The notes: a model not told the origin generated them from the letters alone. Shown: positions 29,520-39,742, numbered from the stretch's first letter. The stretch is DNA of 64,000 nucleotides from Limisphaerales bacterium (GCA_965657355.1 CBFHOE010000007.1:1-64000); one strand, 5' to 3'. A program made the numbers and translations.

Positions 29520-30479
29520 ATGAACTTCATCAACGGATTGAATGAGTTCCAGATCGCTAATGCATCGGATGACTTTCCACTGGCATTAGCTATAGGAATG
29601 TTTGATGGAGTCCATCTAGGCCATCAAGAAGTCATATCATTTACCAAAAAAAAATCTCAAGAACTCAGCAGCAAATCAAAATGTGCTGTTTTTACTTTCG
29701 ACAAGCATCCAGCCTCCATATTTAGACCCGAAGCAAAGCCAGACCTTATCTACCCGTTAGATAAGCGTATAGAGTGCTTAGAAGCATCAGGAGTTGATTA
29801 CGTTTTCGTCATAGATTTTGATCCTGTGCTTTGTCGCTTATCAGCAAGAGACTTTATTTCCACACTCACCAGGACACTTCCTAACTTGAAGGAGATCTGT
29901 GTTGGTCGAGATTTCGGATTCGGGCACAGGCGGGAAGGCGATATTGAAAAATTAAAAGAGTTTTCGAATACATTCCAATTTAAAGCACATGAAGTGCCTG
30001 CATTCCAGTTGGACAATCAAAACATTAGTTCCACACTCATAAGAGATCACATTAAAAATGGCTTACTCGATAAGGCAAGTGCACTTATTGGCAGGCAACT
30101 AACGATTTCAGGAAAGGTGATCAAAGGACGGCAGGTTGGTAGAACTATAGGATTTCCAACAGCAAATATCGATGCCAAAGGATTATGCCTGCCTCCATTC
30201 GGTGTTTACTCAGGATTTTGTACGATCGGCGATCGGAAAACCCTTCGATTACCAGCCATCATGAATATCGGCCTGCGACCAACCATATCTGCAGGAGATA
30301 CAATCGACGCCCCATCTCTCGAAGTCCACATACCTGATTTCAATAAAAATATCTATGGCGAAAACCTAGAATTTTCCTACGACCAATTCATCCGCTCAGA
30401 AATAAAATTCAGGTCTTTAGAAGATTTAAAATCTCAGATTGAGAAAGACATCCAATCTATTAAAAGTCTCGAAAATTGA
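29520..30479 (+). CDS. ribF: Bifunctional riboflavin kinase/FAD synthetase
   Basis: GMFDGVHLGHQ, ISSTLIR, GRTIGFPTAN, NIGLRPT, EVH. Confidence 0.97.
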   Translation: MNFINGLNEFQIANASDDFPLALAIGMFDGVHLGHQEVISFTKKKSQELSSKSKCAVFTFDKHPASIFRPEAKPDLIYPLDKRIECLEASGVDYVFVIDFDPVLCRLSARDFISTLTRTLPNLKEICVGRDFGFGHRREGDIEKLKEFSNTFQFKAHEVPAFQLDNQNISSTLIRDHIKNGLLDKASALIGRQLTISGKVIKGRQVGRTIGFPTANIDAKGLCLPPFGVYSGFCTIGDRKTLRLPAIMNIGLRPTISAGDTIDAPSLEVHIPDFNKNIYGENLEFSYDQFIRSEIKFRSLEDLKSQIEKDIQSIKSLEN

Positions 30480-30648
30480 TTAGTTATTCTAATCAATGCT
30501 TTCATCAGGCATCCACCCCTTTCTTAGGGTTAGATGTCACAGCCGCAACAAACTCATATTTTGTCACTCAAATCATAACATCTGAAAAGAGCTAAGGTGA
30601 CTTATTTATTCGGGGGGATAAATGAAAGCTGAGGTGTCGCCATGTCTT

Positions 30649-31344
30649 TTAAGGCGTTTTTCTGATGAGGGCAATCATTACTCCTTGGGTCACGAGCTCT
30701 TCAGCTGGAAGTAGATCCGGATAGGCAGGATTTTCAGCACGAAGGTATGGTTTCTTGTCGATTTCAACGTAAGTTTTGAGGGTACTTTCTCCATCGATGA
30801 GTGCGGCTACAACATCCCCATTTTTGGGGCTCACCCCATGCTCTAGAACAACAACATCCCCTTCGAGAATATGCCTCTCGATCATCGAATCACCCTGCAC
30901 TTCTAGAGCAAAAGTTCGTGGGGTTGGTTTGACGCCTATGCATTCTAAATTAACGCTGAGACATCCTTGGTTGTCCTGGGATTTGGATTGGGGCAAACCG
31001 GCTGGAATAGAACCAAAAACTGGGATTTCAGAAATTTGGGATCCTGAAGTGCGCGTCGTATGACCAAAATGCACTCCTCCAGATTGCACCCTGCTTACGG
31101 CAGGGTTTGAGTTCGACTTGGATTCAACATCCTTCAAAAGCAACTGGATTGAGCGGGCTTTTCCATTTTTACGACTCAAAAACTTCTTTTTTTCTAGGGC
31201 TCTGAGATGATCGAGAGCAGCAGTTTTACTGCCCCATTTAAATTCAGAGGCAATTTCTTGAGCCGTAGGGGCATAGCCATTCTCACTTAAAAAACTACTT
31301 ATATATCTCAAAACTTTTTCCTGAGATTCTGTCAATCCTTTCAT
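30649..31344 (-). CDS. lexA: SOS repressor LexA
   Basis: wHTH (GYAPTAQEIA...HLRALEKK), Ala-Gly cleavage site (IPAGLP), catalytic Ser (GDSM) and Lys (STLK). Confidence 0.96.
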   Translation of the reverse strand: MKGLTESQEKVLRYISSFLSENGYAPTAQEIASEFKWGSKTAALDHLRALEKKKFLSRKNGKARSIQLLLKDVESKSNSNPAVSRVQSGGVHFGHTTRTSGSQISEIPVFGSIPAGLPQSKSQDNQGCLSVNLECIGVKPTPRTFALEVQGDSMIERHILEGDVVVLEHGVSPKNGDVVAALIDGESTLKTYVEIDKKPYLRAENPAYPDLLPAEELVTQGVMIALIRKTP

Positions 31345-31382
31345 ATATTTATCTCACGCAAACCACAACTCGCTGCTAACAC

Positions 31383-31427
31383 TGTTTCTATGGTCAGTAG
31401 TATTGCCCCCTACGCATCAACTGACAA
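31383..31427 (-). promoter_or_regulatory. Probable lexA promoter with a candidate LexA operator just downstream
   Basis: Minus strand TTGTCA-17 nt-AATACT (31427..31399); imperfect palindrome TGTTT-CTAT-GGTCA at 31383-31396. Confidence 0.4.
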
Positions 31428-31592
31428 CTGAATTTTTAAAATTATTTCTTTAATGACCTAAATTTTCTCCAAGTTATTCCGTAACAGTATCTTAACGAAC
31501 AGAATAAAGCAATCGACCAATCGTATAAGAGTCTCCTCTACCGGGCATAATTTCAAAGAATTATTTTAACCTAAAGATGAGCTATTAGCACC

Positions 31593-31937
31593 ATGAACAA
31601 CGACTTAAACAAGACATTGAGATTAGGAATCGATATCCACAACAGGAAATATAAAGTCGCCTATTATCATGAGGAGATGACCGATGACCAAATCGAAGAA
31701 GAAATGGCCCCAAGACAGTTTCTCGATTGGGTCAAAAGCCATGCAGAAACCGGGAAAAAGATCTATAGTTGCTATGAAGCTGGTCCGCTAGACTGCACTC
31801 TTCACCTAGACCTAAAAAAACTAGGCGTTGCCAATCGGCTTATCCGTTATAAAAACTGGGATAAACAAAATGATGAAGTCACACCCACAAAATACTCAGC
31901 GTCGGAACTATTAGAAATAACCTGTGCCCTTTCATAG
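31593..31937 (+). mobile_element. IS110-family transposase N-terminal (DEDD RuvC-like) domain only; remnant or domesticated
   Basis: LGIDIH and YSCYEAGP motifs, LH..L..LG..N, NWD; the KTDxxDA motif position reads TPTKYSA; no C-terminal domain follows. Confidence 0.75.
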
Positions 31938-31970
31938 TAACTCAATGCTTTGAGAGAAAAATTTTCTAAT

Positions 31971-32003
31971 AAAAAATGGCCCCCATGCGGAGGCCATTTT
32001 TTT
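31971..32003. terminator. Bidirectional intrinsic terminator
   Basis: AAAAAATGGCC...GGCCATTTTTTT between convergent genes. Confidence 0.85.
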
Positions 32004-32046
32004 GTTAATTACATCCCGGATAACATTCAGGGAGAAATTGAGTTCT

Positions 32047-33651
32047 TTACTTGGATTCTTCGGATGCACCTCCAGAGTCATCACCGATCTTAAGATCGAC
32101 TGCTTTGTAGCCACCACGAGATTTAAAGTATATCATCAATCCCAAATAACAGATCAGCATGAAGGCTGGGAACACTGTAATTCTTGATAATGCACCCTGG
32201 GTTGCTGTCTCTTGAATTTCAGCGATCTCATCTTGAGCCTCTTGAGGAAGTTCTGAGATTTTATCCGCGTCGATCTTTTTATATTCACCCAAAACAAAGT
32301 TACCAGTTGCTTCGATGGCTTCATATTCGTCTGGTTTAGCTTTTTGGACTGACTTTGCAATATTGTCTTCCTGAAAATAACCAATGAGTGGAGTTCCTAT
32401 AATGCCCACCGATAGCATTCCAATACCAGCAATAGCGTTGAGGGTAAGAGCTCCACCTTTCGGACACTGCTCGGAAACAACGCCTAGCATTGTTGGCCAG
32501 AAAAAAGTCTTGCCAAATCCATACAAGGTTGCAGCTGCAAAAATGATTGTGATTCCAGATGCTGTGGAGAGCCACAATAGACCTGCAATAGCCAAAGCGG
32601 CACTGAATGCAAGAAGACCAAGCGGAGTGAGCTTTTGAACCAAAAAACCCGATGCAAAAGAACGAAGTATCATCATTATGAAAGAAGTATAGACAAGCAC
32701 CCATGCCGGGTTTGCTTCCGCCTCTTTCATTGGTTCTTCCATAAGACCGGTAATCCATCCATCAGTTCCAAGCTCAGTCACAGCCAATGGCAACATGATA
32801 ATGATCAGAGCTATCAGGATTGGGTTTCCTAACGAGCGACAATATAGGCCGTAAAGGACACTTGAAATTACAACAAAAGCAATAACAAATGATTGAGGTA
32901 AGCTGAAAACAGTGGAAAGCTGAGAGCCTATCAACCATGCAGCGATAGCCGCACCAAAAACCCCAAATTCTGCGAGCATTTCGCGGTAAGATGTACCAGC
33001 TTGAACACGTTCGTTAACTGGGAAGGTAGCTTTTGCAAGCATGAAGACATAAACCACAGCAGGGAACACGATGATACCGACGATAATTCTCCAATCGCCT
33101 TCGTCAACGATGCCACTCATGAGCATTGTAATGATTCCACCAACGACTAGACCACCGGGCCAACCGGCATGAAGGATGTTGAGCCACTTTGTTTTGTCTT
33201 TTCTGAAGAGAGTAGCAACAACAGGGTTGATAAATGCTTCAACTGTTCCATTTCCTAATCCTAGGATAACTGAACCAAAGTAGAGGAAGTTGTAGCCCTT
33301 TTTTTGAGCTTCCACTAGAGCATCACCACTTAAACCTTCTACTGAAATTGCTGAATATGCCATTGAAGCCAGCAATCCATAGACCGCATAGCACCCAAAG
33401 GAGAAGAACATGGCGAATTTATACCCTATTCGGTCAATGACCAAGCTGAATAAGATAATACTGATAGCGAAGGGCCAGATACCAGCACCGAAGACTTCGC
33501 CTATCTGAACATCGTCTAGTCCAAAGTCGGCAGCCCATCGTCCACCATTGCACAGGATAGCCCTCGTTATAAAGGCAAATGATGTAGTAATCAGGGCGAT
33601 AAAACACCCCCAGAAAACCACTTGATTGTTTTTTGAATTTGCTTCTGACAT
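32047..33651 (-). CDS. MFS transporter (probably sugar uptake)
   Basis: Many TM helices; IDRIGYK loop, GNGTVEAFINP, LHAGWPGG, GKTFFWPTMLG. Confidence 0.9.
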   Translation of the reverse strand: MSEANSKNNQVVFWGCFIALITTSFAFITRAILCNGGRWAADFGLDDVQIGEVFGAGIWPFAISIILFSLVIDRIGYKFAMFFSFGCYAVYGLLASMAYSAISVEGLSGDALVEAQKKGYNFLYFGSVILGLGNGTVEAFINPVVATLFRKDKTKWLNILHAGWPGGLVVGGIITMLMSGIVDEGDWRIIVGIIVFPAVVYVFMLAKATFPVNERVQAGTSYREMLAEFGVFGAAIAAWLIGSQLSTVFSLPQSFVIAFVVISSVLYGLYCRSLGNPILIALIIIMLPLAVTELGTDGWITGLMEEPMKEAEANPAWVLVYTSFIMMILRSFASGFLVQKLTPLGLLAFSAALAIAGLLWLSTASGITIIFAAATLYGFGKTFFWPTMLGVVSEQCPKGGALTLNAIAGIGMLSVGIIGTPLIGYFQEDNIAKSVQKAKPDEYEAIEATGNFVLGEYKKIDADKISELPQEAQDEIAEIQETATQGALSRITVFPAFMLICYLGLMIYFKSRGGYKAVDLKIGDDSGGASEESK

Positions 33652-33702
33652 GAATTGTAGCTTTGTTGGTTGGGTTATTTGATAATATGTTTTTAAAAAA
33701 AC

Positions 33703-34815
33703 TTATAATGTAAAGTCTGGTAGGTTGACACGCTCGCCTCCTTTGATTGCGGATTCGTGAGCGCAGATTCCGACACAAGTCCAGTTGGCGGATGTTTTGG
33801 CGTTCGGCCAGGGATCCCTGTTTTCTTTCATTGCTTGAATGAATTCGTTGACCATGTGAGGGTGACTTCCTCCATGTCCCCCACCCTGCACAAAGGATAG
33901 GTGATCGGCATCTTCAATAGATTGGGTAAATTTACGAATAGGCTCCGGGAGTAGGTGAGCAAAATCAGGGACCTCGACTTTTTCTGGGATTTCAGGTTCA
34001 GGTTTCTTGGCAACGTGTAGGATCATGGGATCGTTTTCCACCAGTGTCCATTCGAACGATTTTTTGGATCCGTAGACATCGATACTTTCGCGATATTGGC
34101 GAGCGACGTCGTATAAAAATCTCCAAATATGAGCTGTAAGATCAGAGTTTTTAACCTTTATGTGGCACGTCTCAACGGCAAATTTGTTTCCACTCTTCTG
34201 GGCGATATCATCCCGAACGGTGCCAGAACCAAAGCAGCTGACGTATTCGGCCAGTCCGTCAACCATACCCAGACAAGGGCTGACCACGTGCGTTGCGTAG
34301 TGCATCGGAATCATTTTTTCCCAATAGTCTGGCCACCCGTCCATATCCTGTGGGTGGGATGCTGCAAGATATTGGATCTTTCCGAGCTCACCTCGGTCAT
34401 AAAGATCTTTGATGAAGAGGTATTCCCTACTGTAGACCACTGTCTCCATCATCATATACTTTTTACCGGTCTCAGCTGTCACCCTAACAATTTCTTCACA
34501 CTCCTCAATGGTAGTAGCCATCGGGACTGTGCAGGCGACGTGTTTGCCTGCTCTGAGAGCCTTTAGCGACTGAGATGCGTGATCTGGAATGGGCGTATTA
34601 ATGTGGACAGCATCAATATCTGGATCAGCGAGCAGCTGATCGTAATCAGTGAACCGTTTCTGAATATTGAAGGTGTCACCAATATTTTTGAGCTTTTGCT
34701 CATTTCTTTGGCAGATGGCGACTATTTCGGCATCAGGATGAGCCTGGTAAATAGGTATAAATTCAGCGCCGAATCCGAGACCTATGATAGCTATGTTTAA
34801 TTTTTTTTCGCTCAT
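33703..34815 (-). CDS. Gfo/Idh/MocA family NAD(P)-dependent oxidoreductase
   Basis: IAIIGLGFG Rossmann motif, DIDAVHINTP..DH, AGKHVACTVPM; start set at MSEKKL. Confidence 0.92.
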   Translation of the reverse strand: MSEKKLNIAIIGLGFGAEFIPIYQAHPDAEIVAICQRNEQKLKNIGDTFNIQKRFTDYDQLLADPDIDAVHINTPIPDHASQSLKALRAGKHVACTVPMATTIEECEEIVRVTAETGKKYMMMETVVYSREYLFIKDLYDRGELGKIQYLAASHPQDMDGWPDYWEKMIPMHYATHVVSPCLGMVDGLAEYVSCFGSGTVRDDIAQKSGNKFAVETCHIKVKNSDLTAHIWRFLYDVARQYRESIDVYGSKKSFEWTLVENDPMILHVAKKPEPEIPEKVEVPDFAHLLPEPIRKFTQSIEDADHLSFVQGGGHGGSHPHMVNEFIQAMKENRDPWPNAKTSANWTCVGICAHESAIKGGERVNLPDFTL

Positions 34816-35058
34816 GTCAGCAATTACCAGCACGCTAAACCAAACCATTTACGGCTGGGCACGCATTGATTTACAAGACGGTGGAGGCAGAATCTCTAAC
34901 ATTGACGACCATTCTGTCAATTCAAAAGTAGCGAGCTCGAGTCTTCCATCGGCAGTGTGATACGTTTGCCAGAGCAAACATCTTCCTTCCAAATATTTAG
35001 AAATAAATTTTGCATGCATCGTTGAATTGGGCGCAAAATGATGATAAAAAATAAGTTC

Positions 35059-35193
35059 ATGAGACGACTGAAACCTGTTTTGATTTCATTTGCAGCGATT
35101 GGAGCCTTGGTTCTATTGACAAGCGGATGTGGGAGTGTCAGCGCATCTGGGGGGGTGTCACCAGCAACCTTTTTGATGCCGGGCGTTCTATAA
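35059..35193 (+). CDS. Small lipoprotein (44 aa), absent from the ORF track
   Basis: Hand translation MRRLKPVLISFAAIGALVLLTSGCGSVSASGGVSPATFLMPGVL*: basic n-region, hydrophobic h-region, lipobox TSG-C. In-frame ATGs also at 35038 and 35041. Confidence 0.7.
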   Translation: MRRLKPVLISFAAIGALVLLTSGCGSVSASGGVSPATFLMPGVL

Positions 35194-35278
35194 TACGGCT
35201 CGCCAATAATATGCATTCATAGGATTATCAGTAATTACGTCAACAAATGACCCGAAACTAATTAGATTTTCAACGCCG

Positions 35279-36613
35279 ATGCGTTTCCCCTTAGAATTAT
35301 CACTTAAAATTGCACGTCACATAGTGGCCAACAAAATCCGGAGGACCCCAAAGTTTGCAATGGTCCTCCAGCTGGAGCCGCTTCACACCTGCAACCTGAC
35401 CTGCACCGGCTGCGGCCGAATCCGGGAATATTCTACTTCCCTTAAAGACATGATGAGCCTCGAAGAGTGCCTTGGTGCAGCGGAAGAATGCAAAGCCCCA
35501 ATGGTTTCGATTTGTGGTGGCGAACCGCTCATTTACCCCAAGATTGAGGAATTAGTGGATGGAATTTTGGACCAAGGGAGAATTGTCTACATTTGTACAA
35601 ATGGCATGTTCATGCGCCGGAAAATGATTGACTATCTGGCGGCCAGTTACACCCCGAGCCTCGAACAAAAACTCGATTCTTTGAAACAGGATGACCTGAT
35701 CAACGACAAAGATATTGAGAAAATCCGGAAAGGTAAGAATGACAAACGTCCTGTTATTAGCCCAACCAAATGGATGTATTGGAACGTCCATGTGGATGGA
35801 TTGGAATATACTCACGATTTAATAGTCGAGCGCGAAGGTGTCTTTAGAGAATGCGTGCAGGCTATAAAAATGGCGAAGGCTTTGGGATATCAGGTTGCGA
35901 CGAATACCACCGTATACAAAGAGACTGACGCCGAGGAAATCGAACAGATGTTCCAGTATTTCTCCTCAATGGAAGTGGATGGGCATACGATTTCACCCGG
36001 GTATGATTACGATGCAGCGAAAGAAGACATGGTAAAAAGACTAGGCAAAGATCCTGGCGAATTTTTCCTGACTCGTGATATGACGCGAGAAAAGTTTAAG
36101 AAGATACAGGAGTGGGGACGCTTGTTCACTATATTCGGCACTCCCGTTTATCAGGAATTTCTTGAAGGAAAGCGGGAACTGACCTGCACAGCCTGGGCTA
36201 TACCGACCCGAAACATTCGAGGGTGGAAAGCCCCTTGCTACCTCATGACGGATGGGCATTATCCGACCTACCAGGGTATGCTCGATAATGTCGATTGGGA
36301 AAAATATGGCGTAGTTGACGGCGTGGCAAGGGATTCTCGATGTGAGAACTGTATGGTCCACTGCGGATATGACCCAAGCGGAGCTCTTGGAACAAATTAT
36401 CAATCCGGCGATAATTGGAAGAACATTAAATACAATTTCGGTCCCAAGCCTAAGCCTTTTACACCCGGAAAATTTGTAAAGGCCTTCAATGGTGTTTCTT
36501 CCGGAAAAGGTCATTTGTCGCAGGCCAAATCTGCGATCCGCGCCTCTGCTGAAAAAGAGGAATCCGGCACCTGTGGAGACAATGAACCTAAGTGCGAAGA
36601 AACCAGCAAATAG
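35279..36613 (+). CDS. hpnH: HpnH-like radical SAM enzyme (adenosylhopane synthase family, DUF3463 C-terminus)
   Basis: LEPLHTCNLTCTGCGRI (CxxxCxxC), VSICGGEPL, CTNG, HVDG, GWKAPCYL, RCENCMVHCGYDP. Confidence 0.8.
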   Translation: MRFPLELSLKIARHIVANKIRRTPKFAMVLQLEPLHTCNLTCTGCGRIREYSTSLKDMMSLEECLGAAEECKAPMVSICGGEPLIYPKIEELVDGILDQGRIVYICTNGMFMRRKMIDYLAASYTPSLEQKLDSLKQDDLINDKDIEKIRKGKNDKRPVISPTKWMYWNVHVDGLEYTHDLIVEREGVFRECVQAIKMAKALGYQVATNTTVYKETDAEEIEQMFQYFSSMEVDGHTISPGYDYDAAKEDMVKRLGKDPGEFFLTRDMTREKFKKIQEWGRLFTIFGTPVYQEFLEGKRELTCTAWAIPTRNIRGWKAPCYLMTDGHYPTYQGMLDNVDWEKYGVVDGVARDSRCENCMVHCGYDPSGALGTNYQSGDNWKNIKYNFGPKPKPFTPGKFVKAFNGVSSGKGHLSQAKSAIRASAEKEESGTCGDNEPKCEETSK

Positions 36614-36796
36614 ACCAAGTCCTATTTATTGAATCTATTTCGGTCAAATTTATCAAAATTATTGTTTCCAACTACTAAGTATCACCTATGCTCGAATATA
36701 GGTATTGTCCATCTCTGCCCCAAATTGATGCCTAAATGAAATTGAAAGAAAAACATCAAGGCGTTGGAAAAAATACCGACGACTCAATTAAGCACT

Positions 36797-37771
36797 ATGT
36801 CTGTTGATACAGAAACTAAAGCAACCAATCAGTTAGAAGAACTCAAAAAATACACAACAGTCGTAGCCGACACAGGCGACTTTGAATCTCTAAAAGCCTA
36901 CGAGCCACAAGATGCTACGACAAACCCAAGCCTCATCTACAAAGCTGCGCAGATGCCTGAATATAAGCATCTGATTGAAAAAGCAATAGCAGATGTAAAA
37001 GGTCGAGGCCTTGCCGGAGACAAACTAATTACAGAGGTTATGGATAATATCCTCATCCTTTTCGGAATTGAAATCCTCAAAATCATTCCTGGACGTGTCT
37101 CCACAGAGACGGATGCCAAGTTGTCCTTTGACGTTGATGGCTTGGTAACTAAAGCTCGCAAGTTCATACAGATGTATGAAAAGAATGGAATTCCTCGAGA
37201 ACGTATTCTGATAAAAATTGCGACAACGTGGGAAGGCGTAGAGGCTGCACGCATCCTTGAAAAAGAAGATATTCGCTGCAATATGACTTTATTATTTTCA
37301 ATGGTCCAGGCAGTAGCTTGCGCTCAAGCCGGCGCACAGCTCATTTCCCCGTTTGTAGGTCGCATACTGGATTGGTATAAAGCGAACACGGGAAAAGACT
37401 ACCAAGGAGCAGAAGACCCTGGAGTAGCCTCCGTCACAAATATTTATAATTACTATAAAAAATTTGGTCATGATACTGAGGTCATGGGAGCTAGCTTTAG
37501 AAATAAAGGAGAAATAACCGAACTAGTAGGATGTGACCTTCTAACAATAGCTCCTGCCCTGCTCAAGGAACTTCAGGACTCGAATGATCCAATTACTAGA
37601 AAATTGTCTCCCGACAATACCACTGATGCCGATCAACTGATAGTCACTGAAAATAATTTTAGGTGGCTCATGAACGAAGATGCAATGGCTACAGAAAAAA
37701 CAGCAGATGGGATTAGACGATTTGCTGCCGATACAATAAAACTAGAAGAATTTATAGGCCAGCAACTCTAG
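36797..37771 (+). CDS. tal: Transaldolase
   Basis: [59 protein letters not shown]. Confidence 0.97.
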   Translation: MSVDTETKATNQLEELKKYTTVVADTGDFESLKAYEPQDATTNPSLIYKAAQMPEYKHLIEKAIADVKGRGLAGDKLITEVMDNILILFGIEILKIIPGRVSTETDAKLSFDVDGLVTKARKFIQMYEKNGIPRERILIKIATTWEGVEAARILEKEDIRCNMTLLFSMVQAVACAQAGAQLISPFVGRILDWYKANTGKDYQGAEDPGVASVTNIYNYYKKFGHDTEVMGASFRNKGEITELVGCDLLTIAPALLKELQDSNDPITRKLSPDNTTDADQLIVTENNFRWLMNEDAMATEKTADGIRRFAADTIKLEEFIGQQL

Positions 37772-37804
37772 GTGAAAATACCTTTTGCATCAAAAATTTA
37801 TCAC

Positions 37805-37832
37805 AGCGACTCCTTATGGGGTCGCTTTTTTT
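37805..37832 (+). terminator. Intrinsic terminator after tal
   Basis: AGCGACTCC-TTAT-GGGGTCGCT followed by a T run. Confidence 0.85.
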
Positions 37833-37946
37833 ATCTCCATAATTAATTCGCTTCAGAGTCTTTTAATTTAAGTCTGTAGTTTGAAAAAACCAGAAAGCAT
37901 CTGTGTCAATTTATTGAACTGGCACGCTGGCAAATATGTTGTTCTA

Positions 37947-39176
37947 TTATGGCTTTGAGCCTGATTCTTGGTTTGTGGGAATATCCTTTAGCTTTACCAA
38001 AGTCAGGATAGCTGCCACCAAGGCTAATCCACCACAGACAAAAAATGGCGATGCGGTTCCTACTCTAAAATACAAGGGAGCAACGAGAAAAGGAGTAAAG
38101 CTTCTGGCCAAGCTGGCCATACTCTGAGAAATCCCGAGTGTAGCTCCTTGCTCCCTTGATGGTGATAAAATTGAGATCATGCCGGTCACCGGAGGCCTGA
38201 AAGCTGTTGAGCCAAACCCCAGCAAAGCAAGTCCGACCAAGAGCACAATAATATTATGAGCAAATGGTAGGATGAACAAGCTAGCGGCATAGGTAACAAG
38301 GCTCACGATAATAAGTTTTTTATGTCCTAATTTGTCTATAAGAATTCCCACTCCTTTTCCCTGAACAAAAGCCCCGATAAGACCGCAATAAGCAAAAAGC
38401 CAACCTGCATATTCTCGCGCTTGTTCCTCGTTGAGTTGGAGGTTATCGAGCACAAGCAAACCCAAGGCAATTTCAAAACAAACAAAACAAATAGTGGTGA
38501 TGAAAGTCAGAGCAATGAGAAAACCAACACCATCGCGACTCATTACTTCACGGAAATGGGACAACCGCCCTTCACGTTTTTGATGGCCACGTTCCTCTTT
38601 TGGAAGTGACTCAGAAAGCTTAAAAAATGTGAAGAAAATATTTGCAGTGCAGATAACGCCAGCGACTAGACCGGGCATCCAGATTCCCCACCTCGCAGAG
38701 AAAGCTCCGATCGCAGGCCCCAAAATAAAACCACAACCGAAAGCCATGCCAATCAGACCAAGCTTTTTGGTACGCTCGGAGGGGTCTGTTATGTCGGCTA
38801 TATATGCTTGGGCGACGGAGATGTTTGCGGCAAAAAAACCGCCCACTAATCGAGAGATAAGTATAATAATTAGAGCATTGGATCCATCGAATGTGCTCCC
38901 CCATGCAAAAAGAAAATAAGAAAGACCGACACCTGATGTGCTTACCATGAGCACTGGCTTTCTTCCAATTTTATCTGATAACTTCCCCCAAAAAGGAGAA
39001 AAGAAAAATTGCATCAAGGAATACCCAGCGGTGATTGCCCCAAGCCACCAATCATTGGCACCAAACTGCTCAGTATAGATCGGCAATAGAGGTAGAACGA
39101 CTCCGAATCCAATCAAATCGATAAAAACCACGAAAAAAATGGTCCAAACAGATGGCTTTTTAATTTCCACGCTCAT
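37947..39176 (-). CDS. MFS transporter, TetA/DHA1-like
   Basis: FIDLIGFGVVLPLLP, motif A GKLSDKIGRKPV, AQAYIADIT, motif C GMAFGCGFILGPAIG. Confidence 0.92.
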   Translation of the reverse strand: MSVEIKKPSVWTIFFVVFIDLIGFGVVLPLLPIYTEQFGANDWWLGAITAGYSLMQFFFSPFWGKLSDKIGRKPVLMVSTSGVGLSYFLFAWGSTFDGSNALIIILISRLVGGFFAANISVAQAYIADITDPSERTKKLGLIGMAFGCGFILGPAIGAFSARWGIWMPGLVAGVICTANIFFTFFKLSESLPKEERGHQKREGRLSHFREVMSRDGVGFLIALTFITTICFVCFEIALGLLVLDNLQLNEEQAREYAGWLFAYCGLIGAFVQGKGVGILIDKLGHKKLIIVSLVTYAASLFILPFAHNIIVLLVGLALLGFGSTAFRPPVTGMISILSPSREQGATLGISQSMASLARSFTPFLVAPLYFRVGTASPFFVCGGLALVAAILTLVKLKDIPTNQESGSKP

Positions 39177-39742
39177 TAATTGTTAAATATGAGTCGAAAA
39201 GTCTACTGGTATTCCTCGTTTGGTCAAGGGGGCACTGATTATGCTACTTTTAGGTTCCTCTTTTCCTCTTTCATTATCAATTCTTACAAAAATGCAGGAT
39301 TCCTTAAAAAAACAAAAAAGAGGATATCAAAAGTATAGTCAGTCAAGTGAGCAATGGGTTTCTCTTCAAAAAAATGCTTATTCACCCATGAATCGTCCTA
39401 TCGTTAAAAACGATCATACCGTATTTCAAAAAAACTATATAATGATGACTTTTGAAATGATTTCCCTCGTATTTCGTTGAAAGCCCCATCTGGGCATTCC
39501 ACCCAGAGTTACGAGCGAAAAGCAAATGCGAAGGCTCTAAGCGTCTATCCCCGCATAAACGCTTCATCACTGTTTCCCATCGTCCTCCTTGCTACTTCGG
39601 CAATCAAATTTTTAAGTTCTCAATTAATCTTGAGAGGCCTGTAGAGAAGAATCATATGACTTAAAATAACGCCTACAAGAACGACAGGCCTTACACACAG
39701 ATCCATTTACTCTTGATACTCAGTTGTGTCTGTTGATGTCCC

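Noticed and set aside
34917..35216. 99-aa minus-strand ORF
   Set aside because: No motifs; the plus-strand lipoprotein ORF at 35059-35193 explains the region better.
35627..35760. Insertion in HpnH as a possible intein
   Set aside because: Far too short, and lacks an N-terminal Cys/Ser and C-terminal His-Asn.
39220..39570. Short ORFs 39220..39480 and 39382..39570
   Set aside because: No recognisable motifs; probably non-coding or decayed sequence.
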